A DNA stretch of 64,000 nt from Gemmatimonadota bacterium. GTDB lineage: Bacteria > Gemmatimonadota > Gemmatimonadetes > Longimicrobiales > RSA9. The position numbers and the translations under genes are program-made. The notes under the pieces are model-generated. The model did no database searches and had not been told where the DNA came from. It saw only the letters and a program-made list of their open reading frames with translations. The stretch spans positions 10,300 to 74,299 of the forward strand of contig JARRJS010000001.1 of NCBI GenBank assembly GCA_037388885.1, read 5' to 3'. Positions 1 to 8,139 of this stretch are shown piece after piece (within the stretch, counting starts at the first letter, position 1; the number at the start of each line of letters is the position of its first letter).

Positions 1-35
1 TGCCGCCCGCCAGAATGCCGGCCCGCGCCGGAAGG

Positions 36-71
36 TCGAACTCGAACTCGAATTCGAATTCGAACTCGAAA
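36..71. repeat. Tandem hexanucleotide repeat (TCGAAY) x6 just 3' of the permease stop codon
   Basis: Read directly: tcgaac tcgaac tcgaat tcgaat tcgaac tcgaa. It lies between the stop at 81-83 (minus strand) and the window edge. Confidence 0.9.
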
Positions 72-80
72 AAGCGGGCC

Positions 81-1427
81 TCATCGCCGCAGCCTCGGAT
101 CCATAGCGTCCCTCAGGCCGTCCCCCACCAGGTTGAACGCCAGCACGGTCAGCACGATGACCAGGCCGGGGAACGTGGCCACCCACCACGCGCCCAGCAG
201 GTTCTGTCGTCCGTCCGCAACCATGTTGCCCCACGAGGGCGTGGGCGAGCGAACGCCCAGGCCCAGGAACGACAGGCCTGCTTCCAGCACGATGGTGTTG
301 CCGATGCCCAGAGTCGCGGCCACGATCACCGGTGCCAGCACATTCGGCATCAGGTGCCTGAGGATGATGCGTGCGCGTCTGAAGCCCAGTGCATAGGCCG
401 CCTGGATGAACTCCCGCTCCCGCAGGCTCAGCACCTCCCCCCGCACCAGCCGCGCCACGCCCGGCCATTGCGTCAACCCCAGGACCACGATGATCAACGT
501 GATCGACTGGTTGAACAGCGCGACGATCAAGATCAGCAGCACCAATCGCGGGAACGCCAGCACCATGTCCGTGAATCGCATGATCACCGCGTCCAGCCAC
601 CCGCCCAGGTAGCCCGCCACGGCGCCCAGCCCGCAGCCCAGCACGACCGCGATCGCCACAGCAATGAACCCGATCGACAGCGATATGCGCGCCCCGTACA
701 GGATCCGGCTCAGCACATCCCGCCCGAACCGATCTGTCCCCAGCCAGTGTGCTGGCGAGGGCGGCAGGTACCCCGTGCGCACCAGGTCATGCTGCGCGAT
801 AGGGTTGTACGGCGCGATCAGCGGTGCCAGCACCGCCACGGCGTACAAGCCGACCACCACCCCCAGGCCGATCACCGCCAACCGGTTGCGCTTGAAATGT
901 TCGACGGCGATGGCCCAGGCCCCCGCACCCCCCGCCACACCACCATCCACCCCTCCACCACCCACCGATCCGCCACCGACCCCACCCTCTTCCTCCCGCC
1001 CCGAAGGGGAGACGGGGAGGGTGGGAGACAGGGAGACCGGCGCGAGCTCCGGATCCGGCGGGATTCCGGCACGCTCGGCGTGCACGCTCCCCGCCCCCGC
1101 CCGCGCCTGCATCTCGGCCCCCGCCTGCGCGCCGTCAGAGGCGGCGCCCCCAACGCGCCACGCGTCACGCAAGGCGTAGATCCACACCGAGAAGTAGATC
1201 GCCGCGAAGACGCCGGCCGCGACCCAGTCGTCCAGCCCCTTGCCGCCCGCATACAGGCGTCCGCGCACCAGATAGTTGAACGTCTGGATGCACGCCCACG
1301 CGATGAGCAGTCGCACCCCGCGCCGCCGCCGTCCCACCACGAGGTGTCCGGACCCGGGGAGCACGAACGACGCCGCGAGCGCCGCCCACGAACGAAGACG
1401 ACCCCGACGACGATCCCGCTCAATCAT
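81..1427 (-). CDS. ABC transporter permease (DppC/OppC type) with an extra N-terminal 2-TM segment and a Gly/Pro-rich linker
   Basis: The C-terminal ~290 aa match the binding-protein-dependent permease pattern (HWLGTDRFGRDVLSRILYGARISL, LREREFIQAAYALG, ending LRDAMDPRLRR). The ATG at 1427 has GAGGA 6 nt upstream and overlaps the upstream permease stop by 8 nt. An alternative ATG at 1454 has no RBS. Confidence 0.85.
   Translation of the reverse strand: MIERDRRRGRLRSWAALAASFVLPGSGHLVVGRRRRGVRLLIAWACIQTFNYLVRGRLYAGGKGLDDWVAAGVFAAIYFSVWIYALRDAWRVGGAASDGAQAGAEMQARAGAGSVHAERAGIPPDPELAPVSLSPTLPVSPSGREEEGGVGGGSVGGGGVDGGVAGGAGAWAIAVEHFKRNRLAVIGLGVVVGLYAVAVLAPLIAPYNPIAQHDLVRTGYLPPSPAHWLGTDRFGRDVLSRILYGARISLSIGFIAVAIAVVLGCGLGAVAGYLGGWLDAVIMRFTDMVLAFPRLVLLILIVALFNQSITLIIVVLGLTQWPGVARLVRGEVLSLREREFIQAAYALGFRRARIILRHLMPNVLAPVIVAATLGIGNTIVLEAGLSFLGLGVRSPTPSWGNMVADGRQNLLGAWWVATFPGLVIVLTVLAFNLVGDGLRDAMDPRLRR
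1006..1037. repeat. Octamer tandem repeat (ggggagac ggggaggg tgggagac agggagac), core 1 of the dispersed repeat family
   Basis: Read directly. The + strand has five G-tracts with loops of 5 nt or less. It encodes PVSLSPTLPVSPSG in the permease linker on the minus strand. Confidence 0.85.
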
Positions 1428-2403
1428 ACCGGATCCTCGGGTCCGCCAGGCCATACAGCAGGTCCGCCAGCAGGTTGCCGACGATCACGATGGCAGCGAA
1501 CAGGAAGCTGGTGGCCATGACGACGGGGTAGTCGCGCTGGAAGATGGACTCCACGATGACGCGGCCCATGCCGGGCCAGGAGAAGATGACTTCCACGAAC
1601 ACACTGCCGCTGAACAACAGCGGCAGGTACAGGCCCAGCAGCGTGATGACCGGCAGCAGGGAGTTCCGCAGCGCGTGCTTCAGGATCACGGTCCGCTCCG
1701 GCACCCCGCGGGCGCGGGCGGTGCGGATGTAGTCCTGGCGGATCACCTCGAGCATCTGGCCGCGAGTGTAGCGCGCGATGCCCGCCGACAACACCAGCGT
1801 GAGCGTCAGCACTGGCAGCACCATGTGCTCCAGCAGATCACCCAGCTTGCCCCAGAACGACAGGAACTCGTAGTTCACGCTGGTCATGCCCGTCGCAGGC
1901 AGGGCGAACGGCAGTCCCCACTCATGTGCCTTGAGGGACAGAAGCAGCATCAGCATGAGACCCAACCAGAACGACGGCATGGAGTAGAAGAAGAGCGAGG
2001 AGACGCTCAGGATCTGGTCCGTCGCCCGGTTCTGCCGCACCGCCTGGATCACGCCCGCGATCACGCCGAGCACGAACGTGAGCAGCAGCGCGGAGCCGGC
2101 CAGGAGCAGCGTAGCAGGCAGCGCTTCCTTCAGGATGTCGATGACGGGACGGCCGTGGGCGAAGCTGTAGCCGAAGTTGCCAGTGAGGAACGCGGCGAGC
2201 CACTTCACGTAACGGACGTAGATGGGTGCGTCCAGCCCGAAGCTGTGCCGTAGCTGGTCCAGCACCGCCGGCGGCAGGTTCGCGTTGAAGTAGAGGGCCG
2301 TCGGGTCGCCCGGCGCCAGGTTGACCACGAAGAAGATGATGGTGGCGATGCCCAGCAGCAGCGGGATGGCGCCGAGCAGCCGGCGCAGGGCGTATGACGC
2401 CAC
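1420..2403 (-). CDS. ABC transporter permease (DppB/OppB type)
   Basis: 327 aa. N-terminus MASYALRRLLGAIPLLLGIATIIFF and C-terminus LLADLLYGLADPRIRYD are typical of DppB/OppB permeases. There is a 3-nt gap to the upstream binding-protein gene. Confidence 0.9.
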   Translation of the reverse strand: MASYALRRLLGAIPLLLGIATIIFFVVNLAPGDPTALYFNANLPPAVLDQLRHSFGLDAPIYVRYVKWLAAFLTGNFGYSFAHGRPVIDILKEALPATLLLAGSALLLTFVLGVIAGVIQAVRQNRATDQILSVSSLFFYSMPSFWLGLMLMLLLSLKAHEWGLPFALPATGMTSVNYEFLSFWGKLGDLLEHMVLPVLTLTLVLSAGIARYTRGQMLEVIRQDYIRTARARGVPERTVILKHALRNSLLPVITLLGLYLPLLFSGSVFVEVIFSWPGMGRVIVESIFQRDYPVVMATSFLFAAIVIVGNLLADLLYGLADPRIRYD

Positions 2404-2406
2404 GGC

Positions 2407-4038
2407 TCAGGGCCCGATGTGCCAGCGGGCGATGGACGACAGCTCGCCACGCTGGTCCATGGTCACCCCTGACACCGCATCGCTCGCCGCCGCCAGCTCC
2501 GACAGCCAGAACATAAACGTGAACGGTTGCCGACGCTGCAACAGCAGCGTCATCTCTCGGTAGATCCGCTTCGCCACGGCCGGGTCCGTCGCCGCGGCCG
2601 CCGAGTCGATGAGCGCATCCAGCTGTGGAATGGCCACCCCGCTGCGATTCGCGGAGTTCGGCACGTCCACCCAGCGCGAGTGGAAGAGCGCCGCCGGCGC
2701 GGCGGCCATCTGGAAGTTGTCCAGAACCCAGTTGGCCAGCACGACGTCGAAGTCGCGTGCCTTGTGCCGGGCCAGCATCGTCTGGAACTCCAGCACCTGC
2801 AGATCCGCCCGCGCGCCCACCGCCTTCAGCTGGCTCTGCAACACCTCCACCACCGAGCGCGTCAGTGGCCGGTCCGACGTCAGGATGGTGAAATGCAACG
2901 GATTCCCGGCCGCATCTTCCCGCACGCCGTCACCGTTCCGATCCCGCCAGCCCGCGGAATCCAGCAGCGCCCGGGCGTGTGCCGGGTCGTACGGCAGCGG
3001 CTTCACGTCCCCCGGGTAGTACGGGCTCCACGGCGGGACCGTGCTGGTCGCCACGGTGCCGTAGCCCGCCAGCAGCCCGTTCACGATCTCCTGCCGATTG
3101 ATCGCCAGCGTCATGGCACGGCGCACTGCCGGATCCTCGAACGGCGCACGACGGTTGTTCCAGCCCAGGTAGTAGAGCGTGTTGCCCGGGTAGTCGTACA
3201 ACGTGTCGGCCGGCGCGGCCTTGATCCGCGCCGCCTGGTCTGGCTCCACCGGGATGTCCACCTGAATGCCGCCCGTGAGCAGCTCCGTGAGTGTCGTCGC
3301 CGGTTCCGGGATGATGCGGAACACGATGCGCGTGGACGATGGCGGGCCGCCCAGCGCCTGCGGGAAGGAGGGGTTCGGCTCGATCACCAGCCGGTCGTTC
3401 TGCCGCCAGTCCACGAACCGGAACGGGCCGCTGCCCACCGGATGCCGGTTGTACGCGGCGTTCTTGAGCTCCATGGGCGGGATCGTGTCCAGCAGGTGCT
3501 TCGGGACCGGCGCCCACCAGAAGTCCTCCAGCGCCTGGGCGTGGGGCCGCGTGAAATCGAACCGGATGCGGAACGTGTCCAGCACCTCCGCCGACTTCAC
3601 CTGCGCCAGGAACACGGAGCCGAGCAGCGAAGCCGTCACCGAGTCCTTCGCCAGGTCGAACGTGAACTTGACGTCCTGCGCCGTCACCGGCGGGCCATCC
3701 TGCCAGTGCACGTCGCGGCGCAGGTCGAAGACGACCGCCGTGTCGCCTTCCATCGTCCACGACCGCGCCAGGTACGGCGCCGGCCGCAGGTTCGCGTCGT
3801 AGCGGATCAGCGGTGTGAACAGCGCGTAATCGATGAGCTCGCCCGTGTACTGGTCCGTGTTCGTCACGGGATTGATGCCGCCGAAGTCCGTCTGCATGCC
3901 CACGACCACGGTACCGCCGCCGCCACCACCACACCCCACCAGCAGCGTGCCCGTCAGCACCAGAGCGCCCATGGACAGGGCAAAGCGGCCCAAGCCCGGG
4001 GCACCCCTTACACCATTACCGTCTCCAGGTCCAGTCAT
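2407..4038 (-). CDS. ABC transporter substrate-binding lipoprotein, family 5 (peptide/nickel type)
   Basis: 543 aa. Lipobox LLVGCGGGGGG. The size and motifs (LIRYD, DVKFTFD, YYLGWN, ANWVLD) fit SBP_bac_5. It sits directly upstream of two Dpp-type permeases. Confidence 0.85.
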   Translation of the reverse strand: MTGPGDGNGVRGAPGLGRFALSMGALVLTGTLLVGCGGGGGGTVVVGMQTDFGGINPVTNTDQYTGELIDYALFTPLIRYDANLRPAPYLARSWTMEGDTAVVFDLRRDVHWQDGPPVTAQDVKFTFDLAKDSVTASLLGSVFLAQVKSAEVLDTFRIRFDFTRPHAQALEDFWWAPVPKHLLDTIPPMELKNAAYNRHPVGSGPFRFVDWRQNDRLVIEPNPSFPQALGGPPSSTRIVFRIIPEPATTLTELLTGGIQVDIPVEPDQAARIKAAPADTLYDYPGNTLYYLGWNNRRAPFEDPAVRRAMTLAINRQEIVNGLLAGYGTVATSTVPPWSPYYPGDVKPLPYDPAHARALLDSAGWRDRNGDGVREDAAGNPLHFTILTSDRPLTRSVVEVLQSQLKAVGARADLQVLEFQTMLARHKARDFDVVLANWVLDNFQMAAAPAALFHSRWVDVPNSANRSGVAIPQLDALIDSAAAATDPAVAKRIYREMTLLLQRRQPFTFMFWLSELAAASDAVSGVTMDQRGELSSIARWHIGP

Positions 4039-4981
4039 CCGACCGATAGTGCGATTCCAGCTCCCGCGCCCGCGCCCGCTCCCCGTCCGTCAACACGCCA
4101 GGCTCCAGCACGACGCCCAACTCTTCCTCGAACCCCGCCACCAACGCCGCCACCAGCGCCTCGCCCTCCGGGACCGATCCCAGCACTGCGGCCAGCGACG
4201 TCGCCGCGAGGGAGCTCGCCACGAGCGGAGCGACGGGGGAAGCCGCCGTGACCCCGGAGGAAGTCGCCGGGCCGGGGCCCGTGACCCCACCTGGACCGTC
4301 GTCGATCGTCGATCGTCGATCGTCGATCGGTTCCGCCTGCGGCAGCAACTCCAGCTCCAGCACCTCCGCCTGGTCCCCCTCCAGCAGCAGCGAGCCATGC
4401 TGCAGGATGGTCCGGGACTCACAGCGTTGCGCGCTGCCGACCAACTTCTTCCCCTCCACCAGCACTTCGCCGGGCGCGCCTTCGTGGAAGCACGGGCCGC
4501 TGCCCAGCATCCCACCGGGCCCGCCTTCCCGCACCAACACCACCGGCACACCCAGCCGGCGCAGGCCCGCCGCCAGAGCCCGGTTGATGGCCTTGTAGGC
4601 AGCCCGCGGCTTGCCGATGACGCTCACCGGGGCGGCCACGGCGTACGTAAGCTCCCGGTCGTGGTACACGGCCAGGCCGCCGGTCGGACGACGTACGATG
4701 TCGATCCCCCGGGTTGCCGCCGCGGCAGGGTCGTACCGGCCGCGCGCCGGCTGGTTGCGTCCGAAGGACAGGCAGCCCGGAGTCCACCGGTAAAGACGCA
4801 ACGTCGGCGGTGCGCCCCCGCGCACGCTCTCCATGAGCGCCTGGTCGATGGCCATGTTCATGGCCCCGGCCACACCCATTACTCCCGCACGCGGTGCCCC
4901 TTCCGTTCCGTCGCCGATGATGCAACGCCACTGCGTGGCACGTCCATCGCCGTGTCCCGGTTGGCCGCCGGCCCTCTGCAT
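4016..4981 (-). CDS. Lipoate-protein ligase / octanoyltransferase family protein (BPL_LplA_LipB)
   Basis: MNMAIDQALM, TLRLYRW, CLSFGRNQ, VRRPTGGLAVYHD and KKLVGSAQR are LplA-family signatures. I chose the start at 4981 (MQRAGG), 8 nt after the gcvP stop. The longer ORF to 5176 would overlap gcvP. Confidence 0.8.
   Translation of the reverse strand: MQRAGGQPGHGDGRATQWRCIIGDGTEGAPRAGVMGVAGAMNMAIDQALMESVRGGAPPTLRLYRWTPGCLSFGRNQPARGRYDPAAAATRGIDIVRRPTGGLAVYHDRELTYAVAAPVSVIGKPRAAYKAINRALAAGLRRLGVPVVLVREGGPGGMLGSGPCFHEGAPGEVLVEGKKLVGSAQRCESRTILQHGSLLLEGDQAEVLELELLPQAEPIDDRRSTIDDGPGGVTGPGPATSSGVTAASPVAPLVASSLAATSLAAVLGSVPEGEALVAALVAGFEEELGVVLEPGVLTDGERARARELESHYRSDDWTWRR
4298..4329. repeat. Heptanucleotide tandem repeat (GTCGATC) x4, core 2 of the dispersed repeat family, inside the lipoate ligase ORF
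   Basis: Read directly: gtcgatc at 4301, 4308, 4315 and 4322, plus partial flanks. It encodes PIDDRRSTIDD on the minus strand. Confidence 0.9.
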
Positions 4982-4988
4982 CGTTTCC

Positions 4989-7922
4989 TCAGTCCTGCGG
5001 CACGAGCGCCGGCTCCCGGTCGTCCGAGTAGTCCTCCGTCGGAGGACACGAACACACCAGATTGCGGTCGCCGAATGCCGACTCGATGCGTGCCACCGAC
5101 GGCCAGAACTTGTACTGGCGAGTCGCATCCGTCGGGTACGCCGCCAGCTCGCGACCGTACGGATGGCTCCACGCATCCGCCGTAACCGTTTCCGCCGTGT
5201 GCGGTGCGTTCATGAGCGGGTTGTCCTGCTGGTCCCACTCGCCCGTCTCGATCTTCCTCATCTCATCCCGGATGGCGATCATCGCGTCGCAGAACCGGTC
5301 CAGCTCTTCCCGGGACTCGCTCTCCGTCGGTTCCACCATGAGCGTGCCGTGCACCGGGAACGAGACCGTCGGCGCGTGGATGCCATAGTCCATCAACCGC
5401 TTCGCAATGTCGATGGCGTCCACGCCCGTGTCCGGCTTGAGGGGACGCGGATCGATGATGCATTCGTGCGCCACCGTGCCGTTCCGGCCCGTGTACAGCA
5501 CGTCGAAGTGACCCTCCAGACGACGCGCCACGTAGTTCGCGTTCAGCACGGCCACGGCCGTTGCGCGCCGCAGGCCCTCCGCTCCCAGCATCCGGATGTA
5601 CATCCACGAGATGGGCAGGATGGACGGGCTGCCGTACGGCGCCGCCGCCACCGCGCCGATGCCGTGCTCGCCACCCGTCTCCACCACCGGGTGCGTCGGC
5701 GCGAACGGAGCCAGGTGCTCCGCCATGCCGATGGGACCCATGCCCGGGCCGCCGCCGCCGTGCGGGATGGCGAACGTCTTGTGCAGGTTCAGGTGCGCCA
5801 CGTCGCCGCCCCAATCGCCTGGCCGGCTCACGCCCACCATCGCGTTCATGTTGGCTCCGTCGATGTAGACCTGGCCGCCCGCCTCGTGCACGATGTCGCA
5901 GATTTCCCGGATGGACTCCTCGAAGATGCCATGGGTCGACGGGTACGTGACCATGATGGCGGCCAGCCGGTCCCGGTGCTCGTCCGCCTTCGCCCGCAGG
6001 TCATCCACGTCAATGTTGCCCTCCTCGTCCGTCTTCACCACCACCACCTCGAGCCCGGCCATGACGCTGCTCGCCGGGTTGGTGCCGTGGGCGGACGCGG
6101 GGATCAGGCCCACGTCCCGGTGCGACTCGCCCCGCGACGCGTGGTACGCCCGGATCACGAGCAGGCCCGTCAGCTCACCCTGCGAGCCGGCGTTCGGCAT
6201 CATGGACACGGCGTGGAAGCCCGTGATCTCCGCCAACCACGCCTCCAGCTGGTCGATCATGAGTCGGTAGCCCTCGGCCTGGTCTCGCGGCACGAACGGG
6301 TGCAGCTTCGCGAATTCCGCCCACGTGATGGGGTACATCTCCGACGCGGCGTTCAGCTTCAGCGTGCACGAGCCCAGCGGAATCATGGAGCCCGTGAGCG
6401 ACAGGTCCCGATTTTCCAGCCGCTTCAGGTACCGCATCATCTCGCTCTCGGAGCGGTAGCGGTGGAAGACCGGGTGCGTCAGGAATGCACTCGTGCGCCG
6501 GAACGGCTCCGGGTACGACGGCTTCAGCTCCGCCCCCTGCTTCTCCAGCAACGCATCGGCTTCGTTCCGCGACAGCTTCGGCCCGCCCGCCGGCGCGCCT
6601 GCGCCGAACGCTTCCACCAGATCCAGCAGGTCGGTCTTTCCGACGGTCTCGTCCAGCGCGACGCCCAGCGTGAACTCGTCCAGCACCCGAAGGTTGATGC
6701 CGTTCGCTTTCGCGGCCTGCAGGATGACGTCCAGCCGGTCCGCGTCCACCTGCACGCGCAGCGTGTCGAAGAACGGCCGGTGCACGATGGTGTGGCCCAG
6801 CTTCTCCAGCGCCTCGGCCAGAGCCGCGGTCATTACATGCACGCGCGTGGCGATGGCCCGGAGACCTTCGGGGCCGTGGTAGACGGCGTACATTGCCGCG
6901 ATCACCGCCAGCAGCACCTGCGCAGTGCACACGTTGCTGGTCGCCTTCTCCCGACGGATGTGCTGCTCCCGGGTTTGCAGCGCCATGTACAGCGCTTCCT
7001 CCCCGTTCGCATCCCGGGACACGCCGATGATGCGGCCCGGCATGCTACGCTTGTACGCCTCGCGCGTCGCCAGGAACGCCGCGTGGGGACCGCCGTAGCC
7101 CATGGGCACACCGAACCGCTGCGTGTTCCCCACCACGATGTCGGCGCCCCATTCGCCCGGCGGCGTCAGCAGCGTCAGCGCCAGCACGTCCGCCGCGACG
7201 ACCACCAGCGCACCCGCCTCGTGGGCATGCTCCACGAGCTCCCGGTAGTCCACGAGCGCGCCGTCCGTCGCCGGGTACTGCAGCAGCACGCCGAACACGT
7301 CCTCGTCGATGTCGAACGACTCGTGGTCGCCGACCACCACGTCCCAGCCGCGCACCGACGCACGCGTGCGAACCACATCGATCACCTGCGGGTGGCACGC
7401 CTCGGACACCAGGAACCGCGTGCGCTTGCCCTTCACCGCGGCATGGCACATGGCCATCGCCTCCGCGGCCGCCGTCGCTTCGTCCAGCAACGACGCGTTG
7501 GAGATCTCCATGCCGGTCAGGTCCATGACCATTGTCTGGAACACCAGCAGCGCTTCCAGTCGGCCCTGCGAGATCTCCGCCTGGTACGGCGTGTAAGCCG
7601 TGTACCAGCCCGGGTTCTCCAGGATGTTGCGCTGGATGACCGGCGGCGTGACGGTGTCGTGGTACCCCATGCCCAGATAGGAGCGGAATACCTGGTTCCG
7701 CGACGCCGTCTCCCGCAGCTCATTCAACGCTTCGTACTCGCTCTCAGCCTCCGGCAGCGCCAGCGGGCGGTTCACCCGGATCACCTCCGGGACCGCTGTG
7801 TCCATCAGCTCGTCCAGGGACCCATAGCCGATCAGTTCCAGCATTTCCGCGATATCGTCCGGCCGCGGCCCTATATGCCGCCGGACGAAGCGGTCCGTGT
7901 ATTCGAAGCTGTTCGTTGTCAT
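4989..7922 (-). CDS. gcvP: Glycine dehydrogenase (decarboxylating), single-chain glycine cleavage P-protein
   Basis: 977 aa. Typical N-terminus FVRRHIGP. Motifs [16 protein letters not shown] and [16 protein letters not shown], the latter carrying the PLP lysine. Confidence 0.97.
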   Translation of the reverse strand: MTTNSFEYTDRFVRRHIGPRPDDIAEMLELIGYGSLDELMDTAVPEVIRVNRPLALPEAESEYEALNELRETASRNQVFRSYLGMGYHDTVTPPVIQRNILENPGWYTAYTPYQAEISQGRLEALLVFQTMVMDLTGMEISNASLLDEATAAAEAMAMCHAAVKGKRTRFLVSEACHPQVIDVVRTRASVRGWDVVVGDHESFDIDEDVFGVLLQYPATDGALVDYRELVEHAHEAGALVVVAADVLALTLLTPPGEWGADIVVGNTQRFGVPMGYGGPHAAFLATREAYKRSMPGRIIGVSRDANGEEALYMALQTREQHIRREKATSNVCTAQVLLAVIAAMYAVYHGPEGLRAIATRVHVMTAALAEALEKLGHTIVHRPFFDTLRVQVDADRLDVILQAAKANGINLRVLDEFTLGVALDETVGKTDLLDLVEAFGAGAPAGGPKLSRNEADALLEKQGAELKPSYPEPFRRTSAFLTHPVFHRYRSESEMMRYLKRLENRDLSLTGSMIPLGSCTLKLNAASEMYPITWAEFAKLHPFVPRDQAEGYRLMIDQLEAWLAEITGFHAVSMMPNAGSQGELTGLLVIRAYHASRGESHRDVGLIPASAHGTNPASSVMAGLEVVVVKTDEEGNIDVDDLRAKADEHRDRLAAIMVTYPSTHGIFEESIREICDIVHEAGGQVYIDGANMNAMVGVSRPGDWGGDVAHLNLHKTFAIPHGGGGPGMGPIGMAEHLAPFAPTHPVVETGGEHGIGAVAAAPYGSPSILPISWMYIRMLGAEGLRRATAVAVLNANYVARRLEGHFDVLYTGRNGTVAHECIIDPRPLKPDTGVDAIDIAKRLMDYGIHAPTVSFPVHGTLMVEPTESESREELDRFCDAMIAIRDEMRKIETGEWDQQDNPLMNAPHTAETVTADAWSHPYGRELAAYPTDATRQYKFWPSVARIESAFGDRNLVCSCPPTEDYSDDREPALVPQD

Positions 7923-8139
7923 CGTTTGCCTGTCCGTTTCGCCGTTGTCGGGCGCTGGTATTCGGCCCTGATCAAGAACCTGATTTTACCGCCGCTCCCG
8001 GCGTGGTGAAAGGGGAGACGCGCACCATCGATCCCTCCCGCCAGCCCTGCCCTGTGACCTTTTCGCCGCGAGGCACGTCAACCCTACCGACTCCCCCGCA
8101 CGGCCCCAGAAGTGTTCACCAGTAGCAAACGGAGCATCC

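Noticed and set aside
15-8009. Very long + strand ORFs (15-1520, 2527-4251, 4833-8009). Similar ones occur elsewhere in the track: 24606-27248, 33739-35883, 44858-46291, 46781-48268 and 62167-63360.
   Set aside because: They run antisense to genes with clear family signatures. Their translations are Arg/Pro/His/Gln-rich with no recognisable motifs. These are typical stop-codon-poor shadow ORFs of GC-rich DNA.
7923-8139. Possible glycine riboswitch in the 217-nt leader of gcvP (minus strand).
   Set aside because: Read as RNA, the leader has partial resemblances (CCGGGAG, GGCCGAA, GAAACGGACAGGCAAA). I could not thread a consistent P1, or the conserved CACCGAAGGGGCAA and CUCAGGCAAAAGGAC blocks. 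Part of the region (8021-8036) also resembles a fragment of the dispersed repeat. A cmsearch with Rfam RF00504 would decide. A hit above the gathering threshold would overturn this rejection.
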